From positions 136,090,001 to 136,154,000 of the forward strand of contig NC_043000.1 of the NCBI RefSeq assembly GCF_006345805.1: DNA of 64,000 bases, read 5' to 3'. Shown here one piece after another: positions 52,140 to 64,000 of the stretch; within the stretch, counting starts at the first letter, position 1, and each line of letters starts with the position of its first letter. A program made the position numbers and the translations under genes. Below the pieces are notes generated by a model. That model was not told where the DNA came from. It did not search any database and saw only the letters and a list, made by a program, of their open reading frames with translations. This stretch comes from Octopus sinensis (lineage: Eukaryota).

Positions 52140-53012
52140 ACACCCAGAAGAGCACCATCCAGAGCAGCTAACTGACTTCTGTGCAGGTGGCACGTAAAAA
52201 GCACCATTCTAGCATGATCATTACCAGTGTCGCCTTACTGGCACTTGTGCTGGTGGCACGGGAAAAACAACATTCAAGCGAGGTTGTTGCCAGTGCCACT
52301 GGACTGGCTCCTGTGCTGGTGGAACATAAAAAACACCATTTGGATGTGGCCGTTGCCAGTACCACCTGACTGGCTCTTGCGCTGGCGGCATGTAAAAGCA
52401 CCCACTACACTCTCAGAGTGATTGGCGTTAGGAAGGACATCCAGCTGTAGAAACTCTTCCAGATCAGATTGGAGCCTGGCGCAGCCATCTGGTTCGTTAG
52501 TCCTCAGTCAAATCATCCAACCCATGTGAGCATGGAGAGCGGATGTTAAACGATGATGATGATAATGTGAAGACCATGGATCAACACCCTAACAATTAAC
52601 TAGGCTATACACTTGCACCATAACACCCTAAACTATAAATATAATGGTTTCGAGGATTAGACCTTATGGAGACAAAGTGGCTGAGTTCCTTTCTAGTGTT
52701 GAGCTTCATGGAGGAAATGACCAAAACCTGTGACAATATGTTGTGCTTGAGAAGAAGACCCATAAAGCCGAGCAAAATCGCAGTCATGCCAGATATGGGT
52801 GTCACACAAATGGCATCCATGCCGGTGGCACGTAAAAGCACCCATTACACTCTTGGAGTGGTTGGCGTTAGGAAGGGCATCCAGTCATAGGAAGGGCATC
52901 CATGCCAAATCATACTGGAGCCTGGTGCAGCCTTTCAGCGTGCCAGCCCAGTCAAACCATTCAACCTATGCCAGCATGAACAATTGATGTTAAATGATGA
53001 TGATAATGATGG

Positions 53013-53070
<58 letters not shown>

Positions 53071-53072
53071 AA
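52140..53072 (+). mobile_element. Two SINE-D copies (52140-52565, 52815-53072)
   Basis: Each has ggcgttaggaagg(a/g)catccag and a (gat)n tail. Confidence 0.85.
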
Positions 53073-53389
53073 TGGACTCAATACAACATTCACTGCAAAT
53101 AAAATCTGAGAAATATTTTCCCAAGAAAAGTATTAAATGTTGATTTTTGGGAAATAACTTACAATTTAATTCATCAACTTCAGTAGCAGCATTTTACATC
53201 CACTATTTTATGCTGGCAGCGTTTCTTGTTTCCAACACTTTATGTTACCAAACATTTTTAGTCACTTTTTATGACATACAGGGACATACTGTACCTATTC
53301 TAGAACTGGGAATATTTTATACAAGAATTAGTCTTAAAGGATTATTTATTTGTTAAAAGGGTTAATAATTGTAAAATGAGAACTATTGA

Positions 53390-54450
53390 CCTAGGTGGTG
53401 GTGGTGTTGGTGGTAGTGATGATGATGATGATGATGATGATGATGACAGTAATGATAATGTCAATGAGATGATGATGATGATGATGGCAATGATGATGAT
53501 AATTATAATGACATTCCTGATAATGAAGATGATGATGATGATGATGTTGCTGCTACCACTGCTGCTGTTGATGATGACAACAATGATAATGATGATAATA
53601 ACGATAATGCTGATGATGTTGATAATAACAATAATACTTTATTCTCTTTCTATCGTAGAAATTAGATGTGAGTAGAATCATACAGTTTGTGTTGAAGCTG
53701 CAAATTTTGTGCAGTGCTTACAATCTTACAACTGTACTTCTGCACAGTTGCTATTAAATGAATTAACATCATCATCATCATCATCATCATTGTCATCATC
53801 ATCACCATTTAACATCCAGGTTCCATCTTGGCAAAGGTCGGATGGATCAAGAGAAGCTGGTGAGTCCAAAGACTGTATTGTACTCCAGTGTCTGTTTTGG
53901 CATTGTTTCTATGGCTAGATGCCCTTCCTAATACTGACCACTTCACAGCATGTACAGGGTACCTTTTTTTGTTCCACCATCAGTATTGAAATTCCCATGA
54001 AGCTTGCAAGACTACAGACCCCAGAAAATAATTTAGTGGATAATAATAACAACAATGAGGGAAATGTTGATTGCAACTGAAGAGGAGGAGGAGGAGCCAA
54101 TATTTGTTTAAGTACCATTCAAGTGTGATCGTTACCAATGTCGCCTTACTAGCACCTGTGCCGGTGTGCATGTGACATGTAAAATAACATGATTTTTTGT
54201 GGCCGTTGCCAGTACCGCCTGACTGGCCCTCGTGCTGGTGGCATGTAAAATCACCCACTACACTCTTGAAGTGGTTGGCATTAGGAAGGGCATCCAGCTG
54301 TAGAAACTCTGCCAGATCAAGACTGAAGCCTGGTGCAGCCATCTGCTTCACCAGTCCTCAGTCAAATAGTCCAACCCATGCTAGCATGGAAAGCAGACAT
54401 TAAATGATGATGACGAGACGATGATGATGATGATGATGATGATGATCTCA
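53390..54450. repeat. (GAT/GGT/AAT)n tract (53390-53640) and two SINE-D copies (53765-53970 minus, 54105-54450 plus)
   Basis: Direct reading and diagnostic SINE-D blocks. Confidence 0.8.
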
Positions 54451-54792
54451 CTTGTAGTTGATGACATGTATTAGATGAATCTGCAAACCCTTCTGATACC
54501 ACCCTGCTTGAGACCACCCTTGGTTCTCTGCAATAAATTTCTAGTTAAAATGGAGTCATGGAACCAGAGGTGATCAAGATCAAAGCCTTTTATTAAAATT
54601 TCATGTTTAGGTTCCAAATATCAGCTTAATAATGACAAGATTATTTTACTTATTTCTTCATTATTTTCACAATTAATTGAAAGAAAGGTAGTGTTATTTC
54701 AACAAAAGTTAAATTTTTATTTGTAGTTACCCACAAAATAAGATACATAATTGCTAATAATTATATTTTAAATTGATTAATATTTTAAAACT

Positions 54793-55088
54793 GATCGTAA
54801 AACACATGGCAAATCATCCCTGGACTCAAACCACAGCGGATTGATAAATGCTACAGCAAAGGCCTCTTCCCGTCAGGAAACTGCAAGTCATGAAGCTGTT
54901 GCCTCAGATAGTACTCAGAGAAAACCGAGGGTTTTGTGGCCTGCTGCTAATGAGAAAGGGAAATATAACGAGTTTGAAAACAAGGTATGTTGGGCTCTTT
55001 ATAAAATGACCCCATACACTTGCTGGCTTCTGGTATGCGGAGTTTTTGACAGGTAGCACTTGCATGTGAAAGTTGTTTGCAAGACATC
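54793..55088 (+). mobile_element. Possible HERO/NeSL-like LINE ORF fragment between 65-bp direct repeats
   Basis: QRKPRVLWPAANEKGKYNEFENKV resembles the IKWP.AN....W..FDEDV region of HERO-type ORFs (from memory, unverified). Repeats at 54728-54792 and 55089-55153. Confidence 0.4.
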
Positions 55089-55770
55089 TACCCACAAAAA
55101 AAGATACATAATCGCTAATAATTATATTTTAAATTGATTAGTATTTTAAAACTAGCTAATTTATAGACTTGTGGCATATTTCCCATACACACACACACAT
55201 ACACAGATACACATATCAGTGAAGTATTGAAACATCTGTACTTTACTGACAGTGCTTTATTTGTCTTTTGAAATGAATAAATGTATTTCATGTTTTTCTC
55301 ATATTGATCGTCCAACTTTTGCACAATGTTACATTTCACACAAAATGTATTGTGGTACCAATAAAACCAAAACTGCTACCATTTTCATTGTAAACATAAG
55401 CTAATTCACTAGAAGAAAAAAAAAAAAAAAATTCCTGTCTGTCTGCGGTTATAATGATTCACTTGTATAATAACAGAAGCTCCTTATTAAGTTTCCTCAT
55501 TCCTCATGGCCATATAAATCACAAATCACTAGAAAATGGTAAAAGCTTCTGGGACAATATACGTATATATAAAGTATGATTTGTATCTGAAGTTACACCT
55601 CTGTTAAAAACAATAGCAGAACAGAATTCTATCTATAGCATAACATTCACATCATATCTAAGGTCATCTGAAGTTTTTAACAATGGAATTAATCTTATTT
55701 CTGTGGAACACTTATAAACTACAATTTCAGATCAGATATATTGACAAATACATAAACTTCTTCCAGTATT

Positions 55771-56085
55771 TCAGCACCACCACCACCACCACCACCACTG
55801 CCAACACCACCACCACCACCACCACCACCACCACAACCACCACCACCACCACCACTACCACCACCACCACCACCACCACCACCACCAACACCACCACCAC
55901 CACCAACAACACCACCACTACCACCACCAACACCACCACCACCACCACCAACAGCAACACCACCACCACCACCACCACCACCACAACCACCACCACAACC
56001 ACCACCACCACTACCACCAACAACACCACCACTACCACCACCACCACCACCACCACCACTACCACCACCACCAACACCACCACGT
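55771..56085. repeat. Imperfect (ACC)n microsatellite
   Basis: Direct reading. Confidence 0.95.
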
Positions 56086-56534
56086 TACCATTATTATCAT
56101 CATCACAACATCTACCATATTTTCATATCTAGAATGGCTATTTATTTTGGAATTTCTGTATATCTGGTTTAGACAGTATGTATATATTACCTCTAAGGGG
56201 TTATGTTTGACTTTTTCAAAGCTTTAACTTATTCAAGTGATAGAAAGAAAAACGTCAAGGATTTCAGTTTGCTTTAGATTTACAGATGAGTTTCATAGTG
56301 AACAATGAAAGAAGAATTAATCATAGCGATGTTTATAGAGGACCGAAATTTATTCACTAATGCGAAGGATTTTAAATCTGATAGTAGAGTTGGTTTGGGA
56401 AAATTCATCTTTGCACAGAAAACTAAATTTCTCAGACTACTGGTTTATTGCTGACATTAAAGTATATTCATGGAACAAACATATTGCTGTCTCTTGATAT
56501 ATATGTATATGTATATATATATATTATATATATA

Positions 56535-56614
<80 letters not shown>

Positions 56615-56716
56615 CTTACACATATACATATATACTTATGTATATATGTTTATGAGTATGTGTGTGTGCATGTGTGTGCTTATATCTATATATGTATACA
56701 GATATATGTATACATA

Positions 56717-57258
56717 GGCGTAGGGTGGATGTGTGGTAAGTAGCTTGCTTACGAATCACATGGTTCCGGGTTCAGTCCCACTGTATGGCACCTTGGGCAA
56801 GTGTCTTCTACTATAGCCTTGGGCCGACCAAAGCCTTGTGAGTGGATTCGGTAGTTGGAAACTGAAAGAAGCCCATTGTATATATGTATATATATATTGA
56901 AATGGATAAATGAATTATCTTGTTACGGATTATTCAAAAGATGACTGATACCTGGGTAGCAAAAATCACAACAGAAAAATCACGGTTGAGGTTACGACCA
57001 TGGGGTCTCAAACCTGTGCCTTAGTGCGGAAATTTGAAGTTTATATATTTAGTGTATGAAGAAATGGAGCTGAATGAAGATTTAACAAAATTCCTTTTTA
57101 TTATTTTCTATTTATTATTTTTTTAATTATTTTCTACATATGTAGAAAATAATAAAAAGGAATTTTGTTAAATCTTCATTCAGCTCCATTTCTTCATACA
57201 CTAAATATGTATATATATATGCATGTGTGAGTATATGCTTGTATGTCTGTATTTGTCG

Positions 57259-57293
<35 letters not shown>

Positions 57294-57510
57294 ATATGTT
57301 TGTGTGTCTGTGTTTGACTGCCCCAACATCGCTTGACAACCGATGGTGGTGTGTTTATGTCCCCATAACTTAGCGGTTCAGCAAAAGAAACCAATGGAAT
57401 AAGTACTAGGCTTACAAAGAATAAGTCCTGGGGTCGATTTGTTTGACTAGAGCCGGTACTCCAGCATGGCTGCAGTCAAATGACTGAAACAAGTAAAAGT
57501 GTAAAAGAGT
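56717..57510 (+). mobile_element. SINE-A split at its internal microsatellite by a ~400-bp insertion
   Basis: Head half 56717-56880 and tail half ~57290-57510, in the same orientation. Confidence 0.8.
57045..57208. repeat. Perfect 66-bp inverted repeat (hairpin)
   Basis: 57045-57110 is the exact reverse complement of 57143-57208, with a 32-bp AT-rich spacer. Confidence 0.95.
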
Positions 57511-58934
57511 ACGTATATTCACATTATGATTTAAGATTAACAAATCTTCCACCTCCTATCGTGCATTCTACCATACTCTCTCCTAAACACGCAGTGTATC
57601 ACAACAACACCAAACATACACACACACACACACCTGCACATCTATCGTAGGGGTCCAAACAGCCATAATGGTAAAGCGCACATAGGAACTTTCATACCAG
57701 CTTGTATTTATTCTAATTTATCCTTGTATTTCCTACATTTGTTTCGTAGATCATGACTAATAATGCTACTTGTTATAGAAGTTACTTGACAACTATACAG
57801 AAAGCTGACTGGATTATGAACATCTATGTAGAGCTCTAAATGTAATAATGGTGGTCATACATCGTACTTCTACCCACAGTTTAGCTGTAGAAACCATGTC
57901 AAAACAGACATGGAGCCCGGTAGTGCTTCAGCTTGCCAGCTCCTGTCAAACCGTCCAACCCATGCCAGCATGGAAAATGGACGTTAAATGATGATGATGA
58001 TGATTATATATGTGTGTGTGTGTGATCACACGATGTTGAAAATAGACAGTAAAGCTAAAAAAATTGTATTCATTTTATAAAAGTTGAAACAAAAATTTGA
58101 ATTTCCTTTTTGTTTTATACCCACACCGGTTTTAACTCTAAGGGTTCTTCAGATGAGGACAAGAAAAGTAAATTTTTGCAGTACTGCCCAAAGGAAACTG
58201 ACAGGTAGATATAGTAGTAAGAATCAGCTGTGATAGGCACACACACTAACAAGAGTATATAGAGTGGTGAAATTGTCGCAGGTGGGTGAAGAATGAGGAT
58301 ATCAGATTACAAGTCAAGAAGTGTTCAAGAAGGTAAACTAGAAAGTTAAGGTCTTTAGACACTAAGGTAAGCGTTTTAGGTAACAAGCTAAGGGAAATTG
58401 ATATGTAGATACTGTAATGGGAATCAGAGGGATAGATAAGTAATGAAGGGAGAACTTTATGAGTGGAAGAAGAATGAGGGTGATAGATTACAAGGTGAAG
58501 AATGTTTGGTTGAAATTTGCTTCCAGAAAAATCATAAATATTTAATCGCTTAGTGCTACCATCTGGCACAAGATAGAAAGAAAGGTATATAGATAAATAG
58601 ATAGCTTTATATAAGAGATGCTAATTATTCAATGTGTCTCTTGCTTTTTAAGATAGTTTGTTATGATTCAAAGGTGTTTGCTGCACTTTTAAGAAAGTTA
58701 GATAAAGGCTTCTTGCTCTATTTCCTATTTAACCTCTTAGCAGAGAGGCTAAATGGAAAAAGGTGTGTGTGTATGCGTGCGTGTGTGTGTGAGTGTGTGT
58801 GTGTGGGTGGGTGGGGGGTGCATGCGCACATGTATGCATGTATACTTTTATGAATTAGCTTGTTAAATTGTGTATATGTGTATGAATACACATGCATTCA
58901 CACACATATATATATATGTATACATATGTGCGTC

Positions 58935-59410
58935 TGGCACCTGTGCGGGTGGCACGTAAAAAGCACCCACTACACTCGCGGAGTGGTTGGCGTTAGGAAG
59001 GGCATCCAGCCGTAGAAACACTGCCAGATCAGACTGGGCCTGATGCAGCCTTCTGGCTTCACAGACCCCAGTTGAACCGTCCAACCCATGCTAGCATGGA
59101 AAACGGACGCTAAATGATGATGATGATGATGATGATGATGTGCATACATATAATAATTATCTGCAACTTATTGTAAAATGTATATGCATATATACATATA
59201 CATATGCATATATGTATATATTGCCACATAAAAAGAACCCAGTACACTTAGTACAGTGGTTGGCATTAGAAAGGGCATCAGGGCATCAAGCTATAGAAAC
59301 CATGCCAAACAGACAACTGAAACTTGGTGCAGCTCTCCATCTTCTCAGCTCCTATCGAACTATCCAACCCATGCCAGCATAGAAAATGGACTTTAATGAT
59401 GATGATGATA
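58935..59410 (+). mobile_element. Two SINE-D copies (58935-59139, 59236-59410)
   Basis: Diagnostic blocks and (gat)n tails; a fragment also lies at 57885-58003. Confidence 0.8.
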
Positions 59411-59429
59411 TACATACATACATACATAC

Positions 59430-59462
<33 letters not shown>

Positions 59463-60094
59463 TGTATTATGTATGTATGTATGTATGTATGTATGTATGT
59501 ATGTATGTATGTACATACGTAATTAGCTACTCTGTCATGATAAATGGTATTAACTGTTACACATTTGTAAAAGCATTTTTGATAGAGTTAAAGAAGAAAA
59601 CAAGGGGAAAAAGACATAAAAACCACATATATTGTAATTTTGTTAAATTTTATGCCATCCATAATTTTGGGATTTATGCCGGGACCCATGTGGTATTGTT
59701 TAGTATTTCAGACAAATATTTCAAGTTTAGTTGATAGAGGGAAGCTTTAAATTCTGTATAATTGAAATGGTAACCAAGAGAGGAAACAAAAAGGCAAATG
59801 GGAGCGAGTGAAATGCTAGAACCAGAACCAACTTCCAGACTGAATGGATCATCATGCTAGTCTTTGGAGACTATTTATTTTTTAATGAATTTATCATATT
59901 TGAAAAAAAGGCATTGTAATCTCTACCAGTGGGCAGGATATTTGGTATTTACCAAAAATACCCAGCTCTAAATATCTTTCTTCAATTATTCATGAATCAT
60001 TCAGTTTGTATTCTCATAACATAACGAAAAAACAATAAACTTAATGAACCAAAGAAGCCTCCTCGTTGTCCCTCACCATACTAGAAATAGCAAA

Positions 60095-62669
60095 CAGCTC
60101 TTCATTAAATCACTCCTGATTCTTTTAAAAGAAAATGGACACATTTTTGGACAATTTAGACTTGAATGAATGAAACGACAGGATGGTCATGGCTGAGTCC
60201 TTCAGCTCTTCATTAAATCACTCCTGATTCTTTTAAAAGAAAATGGACACATTTTTGGACAATTTAGACTTGAATGAATGAAACGACAGGATGGTCATGG
60301 CTGAGTCCTTCAGCTCTTCATTAAATCACTCCTGATTCTTTTAAAAGAAAATGGACATTAAATCACTCCTGGACAATTTAGACTTGAATGAATGAAACGA
60401 CAGGATGGTCATGGCTGAGTCCTTCAGCTCTTCAGTAAATCACTCCTGATTCTTTTAAAAGAAAACGGACACATTTTTGGACAATTTAGACTTGAATGAA
60501 TGAAACGATAGGATGGTCATGGCTGAGTCCTTCAGCTCTTCATTAAATCACTCCTGATTCTTTTAAAAGAAAATGGACACATTTTTGGACAATTTAGACT
60601 TGAATGAATGAAACGACAGGATGGTCATGGCTGAGTCCTTCTGCTCTTCATTAAATCACTCCTGTTCTTTTAAAAGAAAATGGACACATTTTTGGACAAT
60701 TTAGACTTGAATGAATGAAACGACAGGATTGTCATGGCTGAGTCCTTTAGCTCTTCATTAAATCACTCCTGAGTCTTTTAAAGAAAATGGACACATTTTG
60801 GACAATTTAGACTTGAATGTATGAAATGACAGGATGGTTATGCTGAGTCCTTCAGCTCTTCATTAAATCACTCCTGATTCTTTTAAAGAAAATGGGCACA
60901 TTTTTGGACATTTAGACTTGAATGAATGAAACGACAGGATGGTCATGGCTGAGTCCTTCTGCTCTTCATTAATCACTGCTGATTCTTTTAAAAGAAAATG
61001 GACACATTTTGGACAATTTAGACTTGAATGAATGAAACGACAGGATGGTCATGGCTGAGTCCTTCTGCTCTTCATTAAATCACTCCTGATTCTTTTAAAA
61101 GAAATGGACACATTTATGGACAATTTAGCTTGAATGAATGAAACGACAGGATGTCATTGCTGAGTCCTTCAGCTCTTCATTACATCACTCCTGATTCTTT
61201 TAAAAGAAAGGAACACATTTTTGGACTTAGACTTGAATGAATGAAATGACAGGATTGTCATGGCTGAGTCCTTTAGCTCTTCATTAAATCACTCCTGATT
61301 CTTTTAAAAGAAAATGGACACATTTTGGACAATTTAGACTTGAATGTATGATCCAGGATTGTTATGCTGAGTCCTTCAGCTCTTCATTAAATCACTCCTG
61401 ATTCTTTTAAAAGAAAATGGGCACATTTTTGGACAATTTAGACTTGAATGAATGAAACGACAGGATGGTCATGGCTGAGTCCTTCTGCTCTTCATTAAAT
61501 CACTCCTGATTCCTTTAAAAGAAAATGGACACATTTTTGGACAATTTAGACTTGAATGAATGAAACGACAGGATGGTCATGGCTGAGTCCTTCAGCTCTT
61601 CATTAAATCACTCCTGATTCTTTTAAAAGAAAATGGACACATTTTTGGACAATTTAGACTTGAATGAATGAAACGACAGGATGGTCATGGCTGAGTCCTT
61701 CAGCTCTTCATTAAATCACTCCTGATTCTTTTAAAAGAAAATGGACACATTTTTGGACAATTTAGACTTGAATGAATGAAACGACAGGATGGTCATGGCT
61801 GAGTCCTTCAGTTCTTCATTAAATCACTCCTGATTCTTTTAAAAGAAAATGGGCACATTTTTGGAAAATTTAGACTTGAATGAATGAAACGACAGGATGG
61901 TCATGGCTGAGTCCTTCTGCTCTTCATTAAATCACTGCTGATTCTTTTAAAAGAAAATGGACACATTTTTGGACAATTTAGACTTGAATGTATGAAACGA
62001 CAAGATGGTCATGGCTGAGTCCTTCAGCTCTTCATTAAATCACTCCTGATTCTTTTAAAAGAAAATGGACACATTTTTGGACAATTTAGACTTGAATGAA
62101 TGAAACGACAGGATGGTCATGGCTGAGTCCTTCTGCTCTTCATTAAATCACTCCTGATTCTTTTAAAAGAAAATGGACACATTTTTGGACAATTTAGACT
62201 TGAATGAATGAAACGACAGGATGGTCATGGCTGAGTCCTTCAGCTCTTCATTAAATCACTCCTGATTCTTTTAAAAGAAAATGGACACATTTTTGGACAA
62301 TTTAGACTTGAATGAATGAAACGACAGGATGGTCATGGCTGAGTCCTTCAGTTCTTCATTAAATCACTCCTGATTCTTTTAAAAGAAAATGGACACATTT
62401 TTGGACAATTTAGACTTGAATGTATGAAACGACAGGATGGTCATGGCTGAGTCCTTTAGCTCTTCATTAAATCACTCCTGATTCTTTTAAAAGAAAATGG
62501 GCACATTTTTGGACAATTTAGACTTGAATGAATGAAACGACAGGATGGTCATGGCTGAGTCCTTCAGTTCTTCATTAAACCACTCCTGATTCTTTTAAAA
62601 GAAAATGGACACATTTTTGGACAATTTAGACTTGAATGAATGAAACGACAGGATGGTCATGGCTGAGTC
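60095..62669. repeat. 108-bp tandem satellite, ~24 copies
   Basis: Unit cagctcttcattaaatcactcctgattcttttaaaagaaaatggacacatttttggacaatttagacttgaatgaatgaaacgacaggatggtcatggctgagtcctt, starting at 60095, 60203, 60311 and so on. Confidence 0.97.
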
Positions 62670-62784
62670 TTTTTAATGATAAGTCATCATCATCATGCCT
62701 TACATGAAACAAAGTAACATCTCCCTATGTGTCTTTGGACCTATCTCTTACTTTGTTATCATCAATTGGCATCATAAGAAATGC

Positions 62785-63113
62785 CATCATCATCATCATC
62801 ATTTAACGTCCGCTTTCCATGCTAGCATGGGTTGGACATTTTGACTGAGGACTGGTGAACCAGATGGCTGCACCAGGCTCCAATCTTGATTTGGCAGAAG
62901 ATTTTCTACAGCTGAATGCCCATTCTAATGCCAACCACTCCGAGAGTGTAGTGGGTGCTTTTACATGCCACTGCCACAAGGGCCAGTCGGTGGTACTGGC
63001 AATGGTCACGGAAAATCGTGTTTTTTTTTTACATGTCACCTGCACACCGGCACAAGTGCCAGTAAGGTGATGCTGGTGACGATCACGCTCGAATGGTGCT
63101 TTTTACATGCCAC
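62785..63113 (-). mobile_element. SINE-D
   Basis: (cat)n ttaacgtccgctttccatgctagcatggg... on plus. Confidence 0.85.
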
Positions 63114-64000
63114 AACAATGGTAAATAAGTCTGCCATGAGTTAACAAGCTCATTAAACTAAAAGTTTACTCTGGTTTCCAAGGAATATAAATACTATACC
63201 ACCCCACCAACTTTGGACAGGATGCCATTCCATTTCAGTGTTAATCCCTTGGGGCTGCTGATTGTAATTTTCTGCTGAGTCAATTGAAACAATGTGAAAT
63301 AAAGTGCTTCACTCAAGAATTCAATGTACTGCCCAGTTTGAGACTTGAAAAAAGATGTATATTCTAACGGTAAACAATATGCAAACAAGGATTTACAATA
63401 GGAAGTAATAAAACTGCAGTAAGTAGTATTAAAAGTGAGACTGTTGAGAAATTGACAAAATCAGTTGATGAGAGAATTTTTTATTATAGATGGTAAAGAG
63501 GATTACATAAAGAGGTAAAATATATACGTAATTATTTGTAAATATAATTATATGGTGGAAGATATACGTTTATATTAATGATCTGGTTATGTATTGTTCT
63601 ATATATAAATCACATTATATGTTGTTTATATAATATTTGTTAACTTGCATAATAAAAAGAAACACCCTATAAACGTGTTTTCCTTCATTTCCACTTTAAT
63701 TGTACACCAATTTAGATGAAAAGTACCTGAGACATGGGATACATAATTCTGCATATCCTACAAACATTTCAAGAAAATCGGACAAGGGGTTTTGATTTTA
63801 TTGAGGAATGATTGACCTGCATAATAAAAGGAAACATAGTGTAGATATGGCCTAGTGATTAGGGTGTTGCACTCATGAACGGGATGTCATGGTTTTGGTT
63901 TGCATGCCATTGTGCTCTTGAGCGAAACGCTTCATTTCACATTGCTCTGTGATCACTTCATCATCTGACACATACCACAAACACATGATAATTGTGATGA

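Noticed and set aside
58246-58569. Minus ORF resembling an L2/CR1 APE endonuclease (NILHLVIYHPHSSS)
   Set aside because: Too decayed to support without an alignment; probably an old LINE remnant.
60095-62669. Regular array as a possible CRISPR or coding repeat (108 bp = 36 codons)
   Set aside because: Units are contiguous with no unique spacers, there are no cas genes, and no ORF of 60 aa or more appears in any frame of the track.
63200-63363. Exon-like 164-nt minus-strand frame (YTSFFKSQTGQYIEFLSEAL...)
   Set aside because: It overlaps a decayed CORE-like SINE (gctgagtcaattgaaacaatgtgaaataaagtg resembles the reverse complement of the SINE-E body).

Overview
Eukaryotic, AT-rich, repeat-dominated DNA. 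I judge it to be from an octopus; this is an inference from the very dense (TA)n/(TG)n/(TATG)n/(AAT)n microsatellites and the tRNA-headed SINE families, and I cannot confirm it without a search. No intact protein-coding gene, tRNA, rRNA or CRISPR array is visible, and almost all ORFs in the track are translations of microsatellites or SINEs. The window holds about 50 copies or fragments of at least five short retroposon families (working names SINE-A to -E plus an HHR-bearing SINE-F). It also holds an internally deleted mariner with a nested MITE, TTAA-type MITEs, a complete non-autonomous Helitron, R4/Dong, RTE and possibly HERO-like LINE fragments, a 1.7-kb interrupted palindrome, a perfect 66-bp hairpin and a ~24-copy 108-bp satellite. 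A few candidate minus-strand exons suggest the window may be the intronic interior of a large gene (low confidence). The most interesting signals are hammerhead-ribozyme motifs: one near-intact minimal type I hammerhead in a Penelope-like terminal repeat (13808-13850, minus), and two complementary-degenerate hammerhead relics in the tail of a tRNA-headed SINE arranged as an inverted pair (18832-19250). Coordinates of repeat copies without a stated TSD are approximate (about +/-15 bp).
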